The notes under the pieces were generated by a model. It saw nothing but the letters and a program-made list of their open reading frames with translations, made no database searches and was not told the DNA's origin. A DNA stretch of 64,000 nt from Bacillota bacterium (lineage in GTDB: Bacteria > Bacillota > Bacilli > Bacillales > Bacillaceae_B), in assembly GCA_051750065.1 (NCBI GenBank), contig JBNJJI010000006.1, positions 137,146 to 201,145 of the forward strand, read 5' to 3'. A program made the position numbers and the translations under genes. Position 1 is the first letter of the stretch, and each line of letters begins with the position of its first letter. Below are positions 55,793 to 64,000 of the stretch, piece after piece.

Positions 55793-56404
55793 ATGCTGAA
55801 TTTCACAGGAGAGAGAGTCATTCCCGAGAAAATGGACCCACTGAACGGTATGCTTCTCGAGCACTTGGCAAGGTATTACTTTGCTATCGAAAGTGTAAAA
55901 GGAAGAGTTCTGGATATTGCTTGCGGTTCAGGATATGGATCAAAGGTCATTGCAAAAGCAAATAAGGCATTTCTTGATGAGATCGTGGCTGTAGATCACG
56001 ATGAAGAAACCTTGAAATATGCTAAATCGAAACATTACCACCCCTTGATTCAATATATCAAGATGGACGCAGAAGATCCCCGCCTGCCAGAAAAGTTAGG
56101 TTTGTTCGACTCAATCATCAGCTTTGAAACTCTGGAACATCTGGCTCAAGAAGAAATGTTTATGAAGAATCTATATAACTTGCTAAAGCCCGGAGGCACA
56201 CTTATTATCTCCACCCCGTTTGGCGCAGGACGAGGACAGCCTACTAATGAACAATTTCATGTTCACCAATTGACTGAGAAGGAATTTTTAGAACTTTTTG
56301 ATGATTACAGAGAAAAAGAATTTTATTACCAGAGAAGCGTATTAGTGGAACCTAAAAGAGAGGGAAAGCATTATCCTTTTGGGATAGCAGTCTGTACAAA
56401 ATAG
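55793..56404 (+). CDS. Class I SAM-dependent methyltransferase
   Basis: Motif I LDIACGSGYGS. 203 aa. Confidence 0.88.
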   Translation: MLNFTGERVIPEKMDPLNGMLLEHLARYYFAIESVKGRVLDIACGSGYGSKVIAKANKAFLDEIVAVDHDEETLKYAKSKHYHPLIQYIKMDAEDPRLPEKLGLFDSIISFETLEHLAQEEMFMKNLYNLLKPGGTLIISTPFGAGRGQPTNEQFHVHQLTEKEFLELFDDYREKEFYYQRSVLVEPKREGKHYPFGIAVCTK

Positions 56405-56707
56405 AGTGCTTTTTCCGAAAATTTTCGGCTGCTATATAGGTTATTGACATCCCCTTCAAGCTGCTCAAAGGTTCATAGGTTTGAATTCCTTATAGAAAAC
56501 AAAACCGCCAAGTAGAAAGATAACAGCTACTATCACTCTTCTGACCATTTAGAAGGGCTGCCAATAAACTATAAACTAAGAAAAAGGCACTGAACCTTAA
56601 GCGCCTTTTTCTTATGGATGAACTTCTTTATACTTTCATATACTTACCTGGAAGGGCGTTTTTAGAACGAAACTTTTGGCAGGCCAAATTAATTTGCAGA
56701 CTTTCCT

Positions 56708-57673
56708 TTAATTCTCCACTTCAAGAAACTTCATTACTGCTTCTGCATTCGCCTCCGCATCCAGCTTCAATACCAGTCCATCATCATTGGTCATAACATT
56801 CTGGTATGAATTCTCCACAGGAATTCTCAAAGACTCAAAAGATTCAACTGGTTTCATCTTTGAATTCATTCCTATTTTAAGTAAATCAGCCAGCTCTATA
56901 TCTGTTTCTACAGCTTTTTTTCCTTCTCTTATAAGTGAAGAAACTGTCTTAATTCCCTCCCCATTTGACAGTTTTTCCATAATGGCCTGCTGAATGACGG
57001 CGACTACTTCCTGCTGTCTGTTTACCCTGCCAAAATCACTTTCGCTATCTTTCCGAAATCTCACATAGTTCAAGAGCTGCTGACCATTCAATACCTGATT
57101 GCCAGGCTTCATATCCCATCCCCAAAAATTGATCATCTCTGCCGGAACCTCTACTTCAACACCTTCCGGAAGTACTTTGTCTATAAAAGATACGAACCCG
57201 TGAAAATCAATATTAATTACTCTGTCGGTCTTTACATTAAAATTTTCTTCAATCGTTTCTTTTAAAAGCTGTTCTCCGCCCCAAGAATAAGCATGATTGA
57301 TCTTACTTTTACCAAACCCTGGTATAAACACGTATGAGTCTCTCATAATCGACATCACCTTGGCCGTTTTAAGTTGGGGGTGATATTGAGCAATCATAAT
57401 TGCATCTGCTCGTGAAACTTCGCTGTCTCTCTGATCGGACCCGATAATCAATACGTTTAACGGTTTTTCTTTTTCAGCAAATAAACTGGTGCCTTCTTTA
57501 CGGTTATCTGTTTTTTCTATAATAGTCTCTTCGTTGGATTCGAATGGATTTATCTCTGTTGTTAATTCCTGTCCTTCTTCTGCTGTTTCTTCTATTCCTG
57601 CCCAATCATTCGAACAACTGTGAATGATCAAAAAGCAAACTGCCACTTGAAGAATTCTTCGGATCGACTTCAA
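56708..57673 (-). CDS. LytR-CpsA-Psr (LCP) family cell-wall polymer transferase
   Basis: N-terminal anchor followed by an LCP core (NVLIIGSDQRD...RADAIMI...HAYSWGG). Confidence 0.88.
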   Translation of the reverse strand: MKSIRRILQVAVCFLIIHSCSNDWAGIEETAEEGQELTTEINPFESNEETIIEKTDNRKEGTSLFAEKEKPLNVLIIGSDQRDSEVSRADAIMIAQYHPQLKTAKVMSIMRDSYVFIPGFGKSKINHAYSWGGEQLLKETIEENFNVKTDRVINIDFHGFVSFIDKVLPEGVEVEVPAEMINFWGWDMKPGNQVLNGQQLLNYVRFRKDSESDFGRVNRQQEVVAVIQQAIMEKLSNGEGIKTVSSLIREGKKAVETDIELADLLKIGMNSKMKPVESFESLRIPVENSYQNVMTNDDGLVLKLDAEANAEAVMKFLEVEN

Positions 57674-57970
57674 ACTTCACACCTCTTTTTTATCACTAAA
57701 ACATGCTGGATTTTCGAGAAATTTTTCCTAATTATTAAAGCAGTTAGAAAGAATGATAGCTGGTAATTGCTGTTATCATTCTTGGCCAATTTGAAGCAGC
57801 CTATTCAAAAAACTTCTAAATTGAAGTTTTGATACTTTCCTTAGACAGCCAGTTTAAAAATTCCGCTTCAATGAATGAGCAGAAGTCTAAAATTCATGAT
57901 TTTATTTGTGTTAGTGAAACATTACCACTAATAAAATCGCAAGCGCCCTGAGCAGACCAGACAGGCAAAT

Positions 57971-58021
57971 GTCCCGAGGGTTCGTTCCGGTGGGTACGAA
58001 CCTCAGGCACTGAAGCTGGAC
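57971..58021. repeat. Second interspersed repeat family (GTTCGTTCCGGTGGGTACGAAC hairpin), copy 2
   Basis: The core at 57980-58001 is identical to 16516-16537. Confidence 0.7.
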
Positions 58022-58077
58022 GTGTTTAACTTAGTTAAAGTTTTACACAGAGATGGATTTTATAAATTTCTTAACAC

Positions 58078-58120
58078 TAAAAAAGCCGGTTTACAGTCTA
58101 TTACCTGTAAACCGGCTTTA
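58078..58120 (-). terminator. Intrinsic terminator of the S41 protease gene
   Basis: 15-bp stem aaagccggtttacag/ctgtaaaccggcttt. Confidence 0.75.
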
Positions 58121-58129
58121 TTCGAGCAA

Positions 58130-59605
58130 TTAGTTCATTTTTTCAGAAAGAACTTCTACTGCCTTCTTCACTTGTGTATCGTTTTCTTGTATGAGGTTTC
58201 TCATGTTCTCCATCAGTTTAAGAATACTCTCACTGTTTAATGTTCCAGTGACTTCCAACTCTTCTGCCTCCTGGAACTCTTTTACAGCTTCAGTCGTCTG
58301 TTCGTCGTAGAAACCGTCTGCTTTGCCGGTCTCATAGCCGGCTGCTTTCAGCATTTCTTCTGCAGCCTTCACCTGGTCAGACAAGTCAGACTCTTTAAGT
58401 TCTTGATCAGGATTAATGTAAGGAAGCTCTGCATAAGCAGGAAGAGATACTTCATAATCAGGTTTAATCCCTTTCTCATTAATCCAAGTGCCATCTGGAG
58501 TCAGCCATTTGGCGGTAGTAAACTTCATGTTTGATCCATCTGTAAAGGATTCGGCCGTCTGAACAGTTCCTTTACCGAATGAGTGGATACCAACCAGAGG
58601 GATATCCGATGATTCACTGACTGCAGCCGCCAGGATTTCAGAAGCGCTGGCGCTTCCTTTATCAATCAGAACTGTAACGGGTATGTCTATCTTTTGACCG
58701 CCTTCTGCTACAATACTTTCTTTGTTTCCTGTATTATCTTCAACTTGGAGAAGCACCTCCCCTTCCGGCACAAATAGGGACGAAATTCTGATTGCCTGGT
58801 CTAGAAGGCCGCCTGGATTCTGACGAACATCAATGATAAGGCCCTTCATTCCTTGCTGCTCCATTTCTTCGAGGCCGTTAATCAACTCTGTATAAGAATC
58901 ATCTGAAAAACTCGTGATTTGAACTTTTGCTATGTCATTTTCCAACATTTCAGTATAAACCGTTTCAAGTGGAATCTCATCACGGGTAATAATCACTTCT
59001 GTTGTTTCTTCTGCACCTGGACGCTGAATCGTTAAAGTAACTTTAGTCCCTTTTTCTCCTCTGATCTGAAGAACCGCATCCGTTACACCAACACCTTGTA
59101 TGCTTTCTCCGTCAACTTCAAGAATTTTATCATTGGGACGCAGCCCTGCTTTCTCTGCAGGTGATCCTTTAATGGGAGAGACAATCGTAATATGGCCGTC
59201 CTTCTCCTGTATTTCCGCACCTATTCCTTCAAAAGAAGAAGTGATGCTTTCTTCAAACCTTTTTGCCTCTTCTTCATTCATATAATCAGAATAAGGATCT
59301 TCAAGGGAATCAAGCATCCCATTAATAGCACCGTTCACGAGATCGTCCTGATTTAAGTCCCTGAAGTACTCATTGTTGAGAGCATCATAAGCTTCATAAA
59401 GCTTCTGAAATTCATTTCTTTCCTGAACGCCTACATTCACTGCTTTTTCATCACCAAACGCTAAGGCAAAAGTCGTAATGCCTGCCGTTGCAAAGACCAA
59501 AAAGAAAATTAACATAACAAATTGAAATTTACGGATTTTTAAGTATCCGGAAGAGTTTTGTTCTTTTGAATTGTTGTCACCTTGCTGCTGATCCTTGTCC
59601 ATCAA
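58130..59605 (-). CDS. S41 carboxy-terminal processing protease (CtpA/CtpB-like) with PDZ and C-terminal peptidoglycan-binding domain
   Basis: N-terminal TM, PDZ domain, catalytic GSASASE region, C-terminal PG-binding repeat. Confidence 0.92.
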   Translation of the reverse strand: MMDKDQQQGDNNSKEQNSSGYLKIRKFQFVMLIFFLVFATAGITTFALAFGDEKAVNVGVQERNEFQKLYEAYDALNNEYFRDLNQDDLVNGAINGMLDSLEDPYSDYMNEEEAKRFEESITSSFEGIGAEIQEKDGHITIVSPIKGSPAEKAGLRPNDKILEVDGESIQGVGVTDAVLQIRGEKGTKVTLTIQRPGAEETTEVIITRDEIPLETVYTEMLENDIAKVQITSFSDDSYTELINGLEEMEQQGMKGLIIDVRQNPGGLLDQAIRISSLFVPEGEVLLQVEDNTGNKESIVAEGGQKIDIPVTVLIDKGSASASEILAAAVSESSDIPLVGIHSFGKGTVQTAESFTDGSNMKFTTAKWLTPDGTWINEKGIKPDYEVSLPAYAELPYINPDQELKESDLSDQVKAAEEMLKAAGYETGKADGFYDEQTTEAVKEFQEAEELEVTGTLNSESILKLMENMRNLIQENDTQVKKAVEVLSEKMN

Positions 59606-59716
59606 TCTTCACCACTTTCATCGCCTATCTTGCTAGCATATTTTCCTTAGAATAGCATGTTTCTTGAGAATTTAACACTATTTTTACATCCTGTTCATTT
59701 TATCAGCTTATCATCT

Positions 59717-60310
59717 TTATCGAAAGGAAAACCCCTTTCGCTTATTATTATGAGTTAAAAGTGCGGTAAAAAACCCAACAGTACTGACAGCCAGCAGTGA
59801 ATGGAAAAAAGAATATGCGCCAATCAGACTGAAGCCTCCCAGCAATACCAATGTATCAATAAAGAAAATAATGATTCCTACATTCCACCCTGTACTTTTA
59901 CCAATAATTTGAGCAAGCAGATCGGTTCCTCCTGTCGCCGCTTCAGCCAGCAGCATGAGACCGATACCAATACCAACAAACACGCCCCCTGTTAAAGCTG
60001 CCAAGATGGGAATCATGTAGATTTTTTCAGATATAGGCTGCAGTACGTCAATCATGAGGGAGGAAAGCCAAAGACCATGTATGCTTTTGAAAAATAAACT
60101 TCGATCAAGAAAGAAAGCCAGGATATACAGGGGTATACTCAGAACAACTATCGTCAATCCAGGTTTAAGATCCAGCCAATAGTGGCTGATTAAACCAATG
60201 CCTATCATTCCTCCATCCAGGAAATGCATCGGAACAAAAAAGGCATTGATCCCAATTGCCACTAACAAACTTCCAAGGCCAATTTGAAGGTAAACTTTGA
60301 ACAAATTCAT
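59717..60310 (-). CDS. YitT/YczE-like membrane protein
   Basis: 197 aa with five to six TMs and a GINAFFVPMHFLDGG N-terminal motif. Confidence 0.75.
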   Translation of the reverse strand: MNLFKVYLQIGLGSLLVAIGINAFFVPMHFLDGGMIGIGLISHYWLDLKPGLTIVVLSIPLYILAFFLDRSLFFKSIHGLWLSSLMIDVLQPISEKIYMIPILAALTGGVFVGIGIGLMLLAEAATGGTDLLAQIIGKSTGWNVGIIIFFIDTLVLLGGFSLIGAYSFFHSLLAVSTVGFFTALLTHNNKRKGFSFR

Positions 60311-60483
60311 CCCCCCATATAAACATCAGGCATGCCGAGCTCATTACAAGCTTGGACATCTTAGTTACATATATGTGATGATGTCTTGCTTTATTTATCC
60401 TATCTTAAAAATTCCAGTATAGTGCACGACCTGCTCTTGAAACGCTCCACCCGTAATAAATACTAAAACAGATTTTTCAAACA

Positions 60484-60516
60484 AAAATAAAGCCTGGAAG
60501 AATTCCACTTCCAGGC
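60484..60516 (-). terminator. Intrinsic terminator of the carboxypeptidase gene
   Basis: Stem cctggaag/cttccagg with a T-run on the minus strand. Confidence 0.65.
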
Positions 60517-60524
60517 CAGGCGTA

Positions 60525-61424
60525 TTAAATCTCTTTCACATTGTTGAAATATTCTTCAAGCGTCCATTCATTTTCATAGATGACCTGCGCAGGTTCTTTG
60601 CCAACGAATCTATAGTGCCACGGTTCATACTGATATCCTGTAATTTCCTCTTTGCCTCTTGGATATCTTAGAATGAATCCAAATTTGTGTGCATTTTCTT
60701 TCATCCACTTTCCTTCAGCAGTATTTTCCAGCTCTGTGCTAACTTGAAAGTTATTGCTTTTGCTGGATATATCCATTGCAAGACCAGATTGATGCTCACT
60801 ATTACCAGGAGGAGCGACAGCTTTTACAGCTTTTTCTTCACCAAACTGTCTGATTTCCCTCTCCAGGAGCGCTTGCTGATATTCATAGGAACGATATCCT
60901 GAAATGGCGGTCAAGTATTGTCCGTCTTCTTCGGCAGCCGCAAACATCTCCTCCAAAGCTTTTGCTGCTTCCTCACGTATATATGCTTTTTCAATATCCT
61001 GGTTACCGAAAACAAATGGGATATCCGGCCTTACCAGGTCCTCAGGTTTATAATCTCCAGTCAACCCGAATTCTTTGTTAACCAAAGCCAAGGTATTTTC
61101 GGGATTTGTAATGACCTTTTTACCATCCACCGTTTCAACATTATTGAAAAATTGGGATTCAAGCTGCAAGGAAGGCGGCACCTCTTCTTCATTTTCTGAA
61201 GGAGATTCTTCACTTGGCGTTTCTGTACTTTCGTTGTTTTCTCTCTCTGAACCAGCCTCTTCTTCCCGACTTTCCTCTTCGTTGACTGGTTCATTCTCCG
61301 GCTCGCTATTATCTTCATCCTGCGCTTGTTCATTGGAGCTCAGTAAATCTTTTGTCCAGTCTTCTGCCTGCTGACATCCTGTAAGCAGCAGCACAGCTAA
61401 CGGCACCAAGACTAACTTCTTCAT
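60525..61424 (-). CDS. M15B (VanY-type) D-alanyl-D-alanine carboxypeptidase lipoprotein
   Basis: Lipobox LLTGC, acidic linker, and motifs SEHQSGLAMD and EPWHYRF. Confidence 0.88.
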   Translation of the reverse strand: MKKLVLVPLAVLLLTGCQQAEDWTKDLLSSNEQAQDEDNSEPENEPVNEEESREEEAGSERENNESTETPSEESPSENEEEVPPSLQLESQFFNNVETVDGKKVITNPENTLALVNKEFGLTGDYKPEDLVRPDIPFVFGNQDIEKAYIREEAAKALEEMFAAAEEDGQYLTAISGYRSYEYQQALLEREIRQFGEEKAVKAVAPPGNSEHQSGLAMDISSKSNNFQVSTELENTAEGKWMKENAHKFGFILRYPRGKEEITGYQYEPWHYRFVGKEPAQVIYENEWTLEEYFNNVKEI

Positions 61425-61737
61425 TTATTTCACCTTCTCTATCATTGTCTAAACCATCATACCATTTCTATTAAAATCTGTAATCCGTAGAAATTTTCTA
61501 AAAATGCTGCTCTTTCTATATGCGTTGCTCAAACGCCTTTAAGAATTGCTCTGTTAGTCATTAATGTTGTTATTAACAGCTTTCCACAAAGAGTTAAACG
61601 GTCTTGTCCAGCCTTTAATACTTTTACACCTTCTGTTAAACCGTCGAGTCGTTCTTCGATTAATACATAACATAGCGCTGATCCATCTTCTCAAAGCGTT
61701 CATCTATTTTTTAAAAACGCTCGTCTACTTGGTAGAT

Positions 61738-62357
61738 GTAGTATAAAAGGGGGTTAAACAGCATTAAGTGTAGGGATTGGTGGGTTTGATGCAGTATAAA
61801 AGCTCTTTAAACAGCATCAACCATAAGGATGTGTGGATTTGATGCAGTATAAAAGCTCTTTAAACAGCATCAACCATAAGGATGTGTGGTTTTGATGCAG
61901 TATAAAAGCTCTTTAAACAGCACCAACTCTAGGGATTGGTTGATTTGGTGCAGTATAAAAGGGGTTTAAACAGCATTAAGTGTAGGGATTGATGGGTTTG
62001 ATGCAGTATAAAAGCTCTTTAAACAGCATCAACCATAAGGATGTGTGGTTTTGATGCAGTATAAGAGGGTTTTAAACAGCACCAACTCTAGGGATTGGTT
62101 GATTTGGTGCTGTTTAAAAGGGGTTTAAACAGCATTAAGTGTAGGGATTGGTGGGTTTGATGCAGTATAAGCAACATCGCTCAACACAAGCAGATATCCA
62201 AGAGTTAACCCGACAATAAAGATAATTTGCAGTATAAAAGGAGTTTAAACAGCATCACGTATAGGGATGTGAGGGCTTGATGCAGTATCAAAGCTCTTTA
62301 AACAGCACCAACTCTAGGGATTGGTTGATCTGATGCAGTATAAAAGCTCTTTAAACA
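61738..62357. repeat. 53-bp-periodic tandem hairpin array, 12 units
   Basis: Unit starts: 61738, 61791, 61844, 61897, 61950, 62003, 62056, 62109, 62162, 62229, 62282, 62335. Each unit has a 26-nt conserved part GCAGTATAAAAGnnnnTTAAACAGCA and a 27-nt part drawn from 3-4 classes. Confidence 0.95.
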
Positions 62358-62430
62358 TATGGATAATAACAAGGCCGCAAAGTTAACTGCTGGTGAGTTA
62401 GCATATTGTTGGGAACAGTTTATGAATAAT

Positions 62431-62583
62431 AGTATGTTTTTAGTTGTTGAACAGTAATGGATTTCCGCTCCAATCCCCTTACGTAAAAGGGGCAGTTCTC
62501 TAAACGCAGGCTATTAAGAAACACTAATTTATATGGTTTCAATAGGGTTCTTGGGCTTATCCGTGGAGTACTTTAACGGAGCC
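62431..62583. mobile_element. Diverged MITE-family copy
   Basis: agtatgtttttagttgttgaacagtaatggatttccgctccaatcccc...ctttaacggagcc. Confidence 0.55.
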
Positions 62584-62721
62584 TTAAGAGTAAAGTCCCT
62601 CCTATTTTTTGAAAAATGTGCTTTCTTAAAGTACTTTCAATGAAAAAAACACCCCCTATTGATCTTTAGAAATGGTCTTTTGCACCCAAAAGCCACAACA
62701 CCTCTCCCTTTGATTCAACAT

Positions 62722-62753
62722 AAAAAAGCCTTGCCGGTATCTCCCGGCAAGGC
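62722..62753 (-). terminator. Intrinsic terminator of deoD
   Basis: 10-bp stem gccttgccgg/ccggcaaggc with a T-run on the minus strand. Confidence 0.8.
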
Positions 62754-62763
62754 ATCTGAGTAT

Positions 62764-63465
62764 TTATTTGATCGCTGCTTCAAGTGCTACTTCAATCATC
62801 TCATTGAATGTTGTTTGTCTTTCTTCCGATGTTGTTTCTTCACCTGTAAGGATATGATCTGAAACTGTAAGAACAGACAATGCTTTTCGTCCGTATTTCG
62901 CAGCTAATGTATATAACGCAGACGTTTCCATTTCTAGAGCAAGCATGCCGTATTGAGCCCATTTTTCATGTTCAGCATTATCATTATAGAACATATCTGC
63001 TGTGAATACATTTCCTACTTTCAGATTAAGGCCTTTTTCCTCTCCCGCATCATATGCTCTTTTCAAAAGAGAGAAGTCAGCGGTTGGAGCATAATCAATT
63101 CCGTTGAATGTCAGTCGGTTCATTTGAGAATCAGTAGAAGCACTCATCGCCAGGATGACGTCTCTGACTTTTACATCCTTTTGGATGGCTCCACATGTTC
63201 CAACACGGATTAAGTTCTGTACGTTATAGCTTTGCATAAGTTCATTGATATAAATGGAGATGGAAGGCACTCCCATACCAGTTCCCTGAACAGAAATACG
63301 TTTGCCTTTGTATGTACCTGTGTATCCGAACATGTTTCTTACCTCATTATAACACACAGGGTCTTCCAAAAATGTTTCAGCGATATATTTCGCACGTAAA
63401 GGGTCTCCTGGAAGCAGGACCGTTTCTGCTATTTCATTTTCTTTAGCGCCAATATGTATACTCAT
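62764..63465 (-). CDS. deoD: Purine nucleoside phosphorylase DeoD-type
   Basis: 233 aa, a clear DeoD sequence ([11 protein letters not shown]...EMETSALY). Confidence 0.95.
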   Translation of the reverse strand: MSIHIGAKENEIAETVLLPGDPLRAKYIAETFLEDPVCYNEVRNMFGYTGTYKGKRISVQGTGMGVPSISIYINELMQSYNVQNLIRVGTCGAIQKDVKVRDVILAMSASTDSQMNRLTFNGIDYAPTADFSLLKRAYDAGEEKGLNLKVGNVFTADMFYNDNAEHEKWAQYGMLALEMETSALYTLAAKYGRKALSVLTVSDHILTGEETTSEERQTTFNEMIEVALEAAIK

Positions 63466-63645
63466 ATAAATTCCTCCTATTTTGGGTTTTTATCATTCAA
63501 TAAGTTCCTCACACACCTTAGCTTTCTTCCTTTTGCCAGAGCTATGCATGAACATTGTAAGCTTTTTTGCCAATTCATGCAACGAAGTTACATTGCGGAT
63601 AACACAGAACGAAGTGGCTAAACTAAACTCAAGGAGGGATTCTCT

Positions 63646-63774
63646 ATGGCTAAAGAAAAAATGAGTAAAAAACTTCGTCAGGCTGTTGATTATGCCAACA
63701 GCACCCATCCATCTTCACGTTCAAGAAACCAGCCAAACTCTTCTAAAACAGAAAGATTCAACAGCGGGAGGTAA
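63646..63774 (+). CDS. Candidate 42-aa basic hydrophilic protein (small spore-protein-like)
   Basis: MAKEKMSKKLRQAVDYANSTHPSSRSRNQPNSSKTERFNSGR with an AAGGAGGG RBS 7 nt upstream. Below the ORF-track cutoff. Confidence 0.45.
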   Translation: MAKEKMSKKLRQAVDYANSTHPSSRSRNQPNSSKTERFNSGR

Positions 63775-63779
63775 CTGCT

Positions 63780-63923
63780 TTGGGAAAAAAACACCGTTCA
63801 CGCATTAACCAGCCAAAAAAAAATAACCATGTACCGCCAGAGGAAATAATTGCTGAACATGAGGCACATGATAAAGAACATTCTGGCCGAAAACGTAAAA
63901 ACGGGCCAGGACATAATATGTAA
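63780..63923 (+). CDS. Candidate 47-aa basic hydrophilic protein, second cistron
   Basis: TTG start 8 nt after GGGAGG. (M)GKKHRSRINQPKKNNHVPPEEIIAEHEAHDKEHSGRKRKNGPGHNM, followed by a hairpin. Confidence 0.4.
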   Translation: MGKKHRSRINQPKKNNHVPPEEIIAEHEAHDKEHSGRKRKNGPGHNM

Positions 63924-63928
63924 AACGC

Positions 63929-63956
63929 AGAAGCTGACCTTATATGGTCAGCTTCT
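63929..63956 (+). terminator. Terminator hairpin after the small-protein pair
   Basis: 11-bp stem agaagctgacc/ggtcagcttct. The T-run is weak. Confidence 0.55.
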
Positions 63957-64000
63957 ATTCCTGTCTGAGAGATAACTTTATCTAATAAGATCTTTGTAAA

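Noticed and set aside
56440-56560. 27-codon hydrophobic minus-strand ORF (MVRRVIVAVIFLLGGFVFYKEFKPMNL)
   Set aside because: It has no RBS and no supporting signals.
60420-60460. Possible further MITE core stub (gtgcacgacctgctcttgaaacgctccacccgtaataaa)
   Set aside because: It is too short and diverged to call as a feature. It is mentioned only as a probable remnant.
61561-61740. Minus-strand heptad-repeat coding remnant (…VDERF*KIDERFEKMDQRYVMY* / LIEERLDGLTEGVKVLKAGQDRLT…), and the 60-aa plus-strand ORF 61564-61746
   Set aside because: The minus-strand reading is broken by two stops and a frameshift and has no start or RBS, so at best it is a decayed gene fragment. The plus-strand ORF is its antisense artefact.
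61738-62357. CRISPR array call (26-nt repeats with 27-nt 'spacers', regular period)
   Set aside because: The 'spacers' are not unique. They fall into 3-4 mutually similar classes repeated in a higher-order pattern, and they share ends that pair with the repeats. No cas genes or leader are present in the window. I kept it as a tandem hairpin repeat.
1-64000. Numerous 60-140-aa ORFs in the track lying antisense to or out of frame within long, well-supported genes (for example 1550-1741, 2032-2238, 3833-4069, 4247-4579, 10751-11215, 28684-29034, 32364-32762, 36167-36565, 42243-42671, 52972-53382, 61075-61374)
   Set aside because: They are shadow ORFs inside confidently assigned CDSs, with no RBS and non-protein-like composition.

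Overview
The window looks like a chromosomal segment of an AT-rich, spore-forming Bacillaceae genome (Bacillus/Cytobacillus-like gene content, RBS style and spore-coat genes). All product calls come from motif and architecture recognition by eye; no searches were run.

**Coding content.** It is mostly ordinary and well explained:
- Small-molecule stress: a DoxX plus ring-cleaving dioxygenase operon with MhqR-type operators.
- Metal handling: an ArsR/ArsP-like permease operon, and czrA-czcD.
- Lipid, signalling and translation: pssA, a soluble sporulation-type histidine kinase, and a short zinc-knuckle MetRS behind a Met-specific T-box.
- DNA repair and second messengers: divergent Ku/LigD (NHEJ), a DapF paralog, and an EAL-HDOD protein.
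- Transport and cofactor synthesis: an AzgA-type purine permease, ribD-E-BA-H behind an FMN riboswitch, a PLD_N/ABC-2 export operon, a MATE pump, and MFS/MarR.
- Envelope: uppP, DedA proteins, a murG paralog, an LCP protein, an S41 protease and a VanY-type peptidase.
- Other: a patatin lipase, a CotV/X-type coat cluster, a COG0523 GTPase, deoD, and seven GNAT acetyltransferases.

I did not find a protein-coding island that looks like a new defence or secretion system.

**Non-coding content.** This is the unusual part:
- A modular MITE family with GCTSTTTTCG termini and 8-bp AT-rich target duplications has about 14 copies. One copy sits inside a gene, and removing it in silico restores the reading frame. 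Several copies carry a GC-rich hairpin core of roughly 118 nt.
- A strictly 53-bp-periodic, 12-unit hairpin array at 61.7-62.4 kb is CRISPR-sized but not CRISPR-like in content.
- Smaller repeats include a five-copy conserved terminator hairpin family with compensatory stem changes, a perfect 28-bp-stem palindrome paired with a diverged copy around one small gene, and a five-copy AATAAGGGGA array.
- A T-arm-like switchable leader lies upstream of a GNAT gene.

Two pseudogenes (YwaF-like and PAP2-like) are present.
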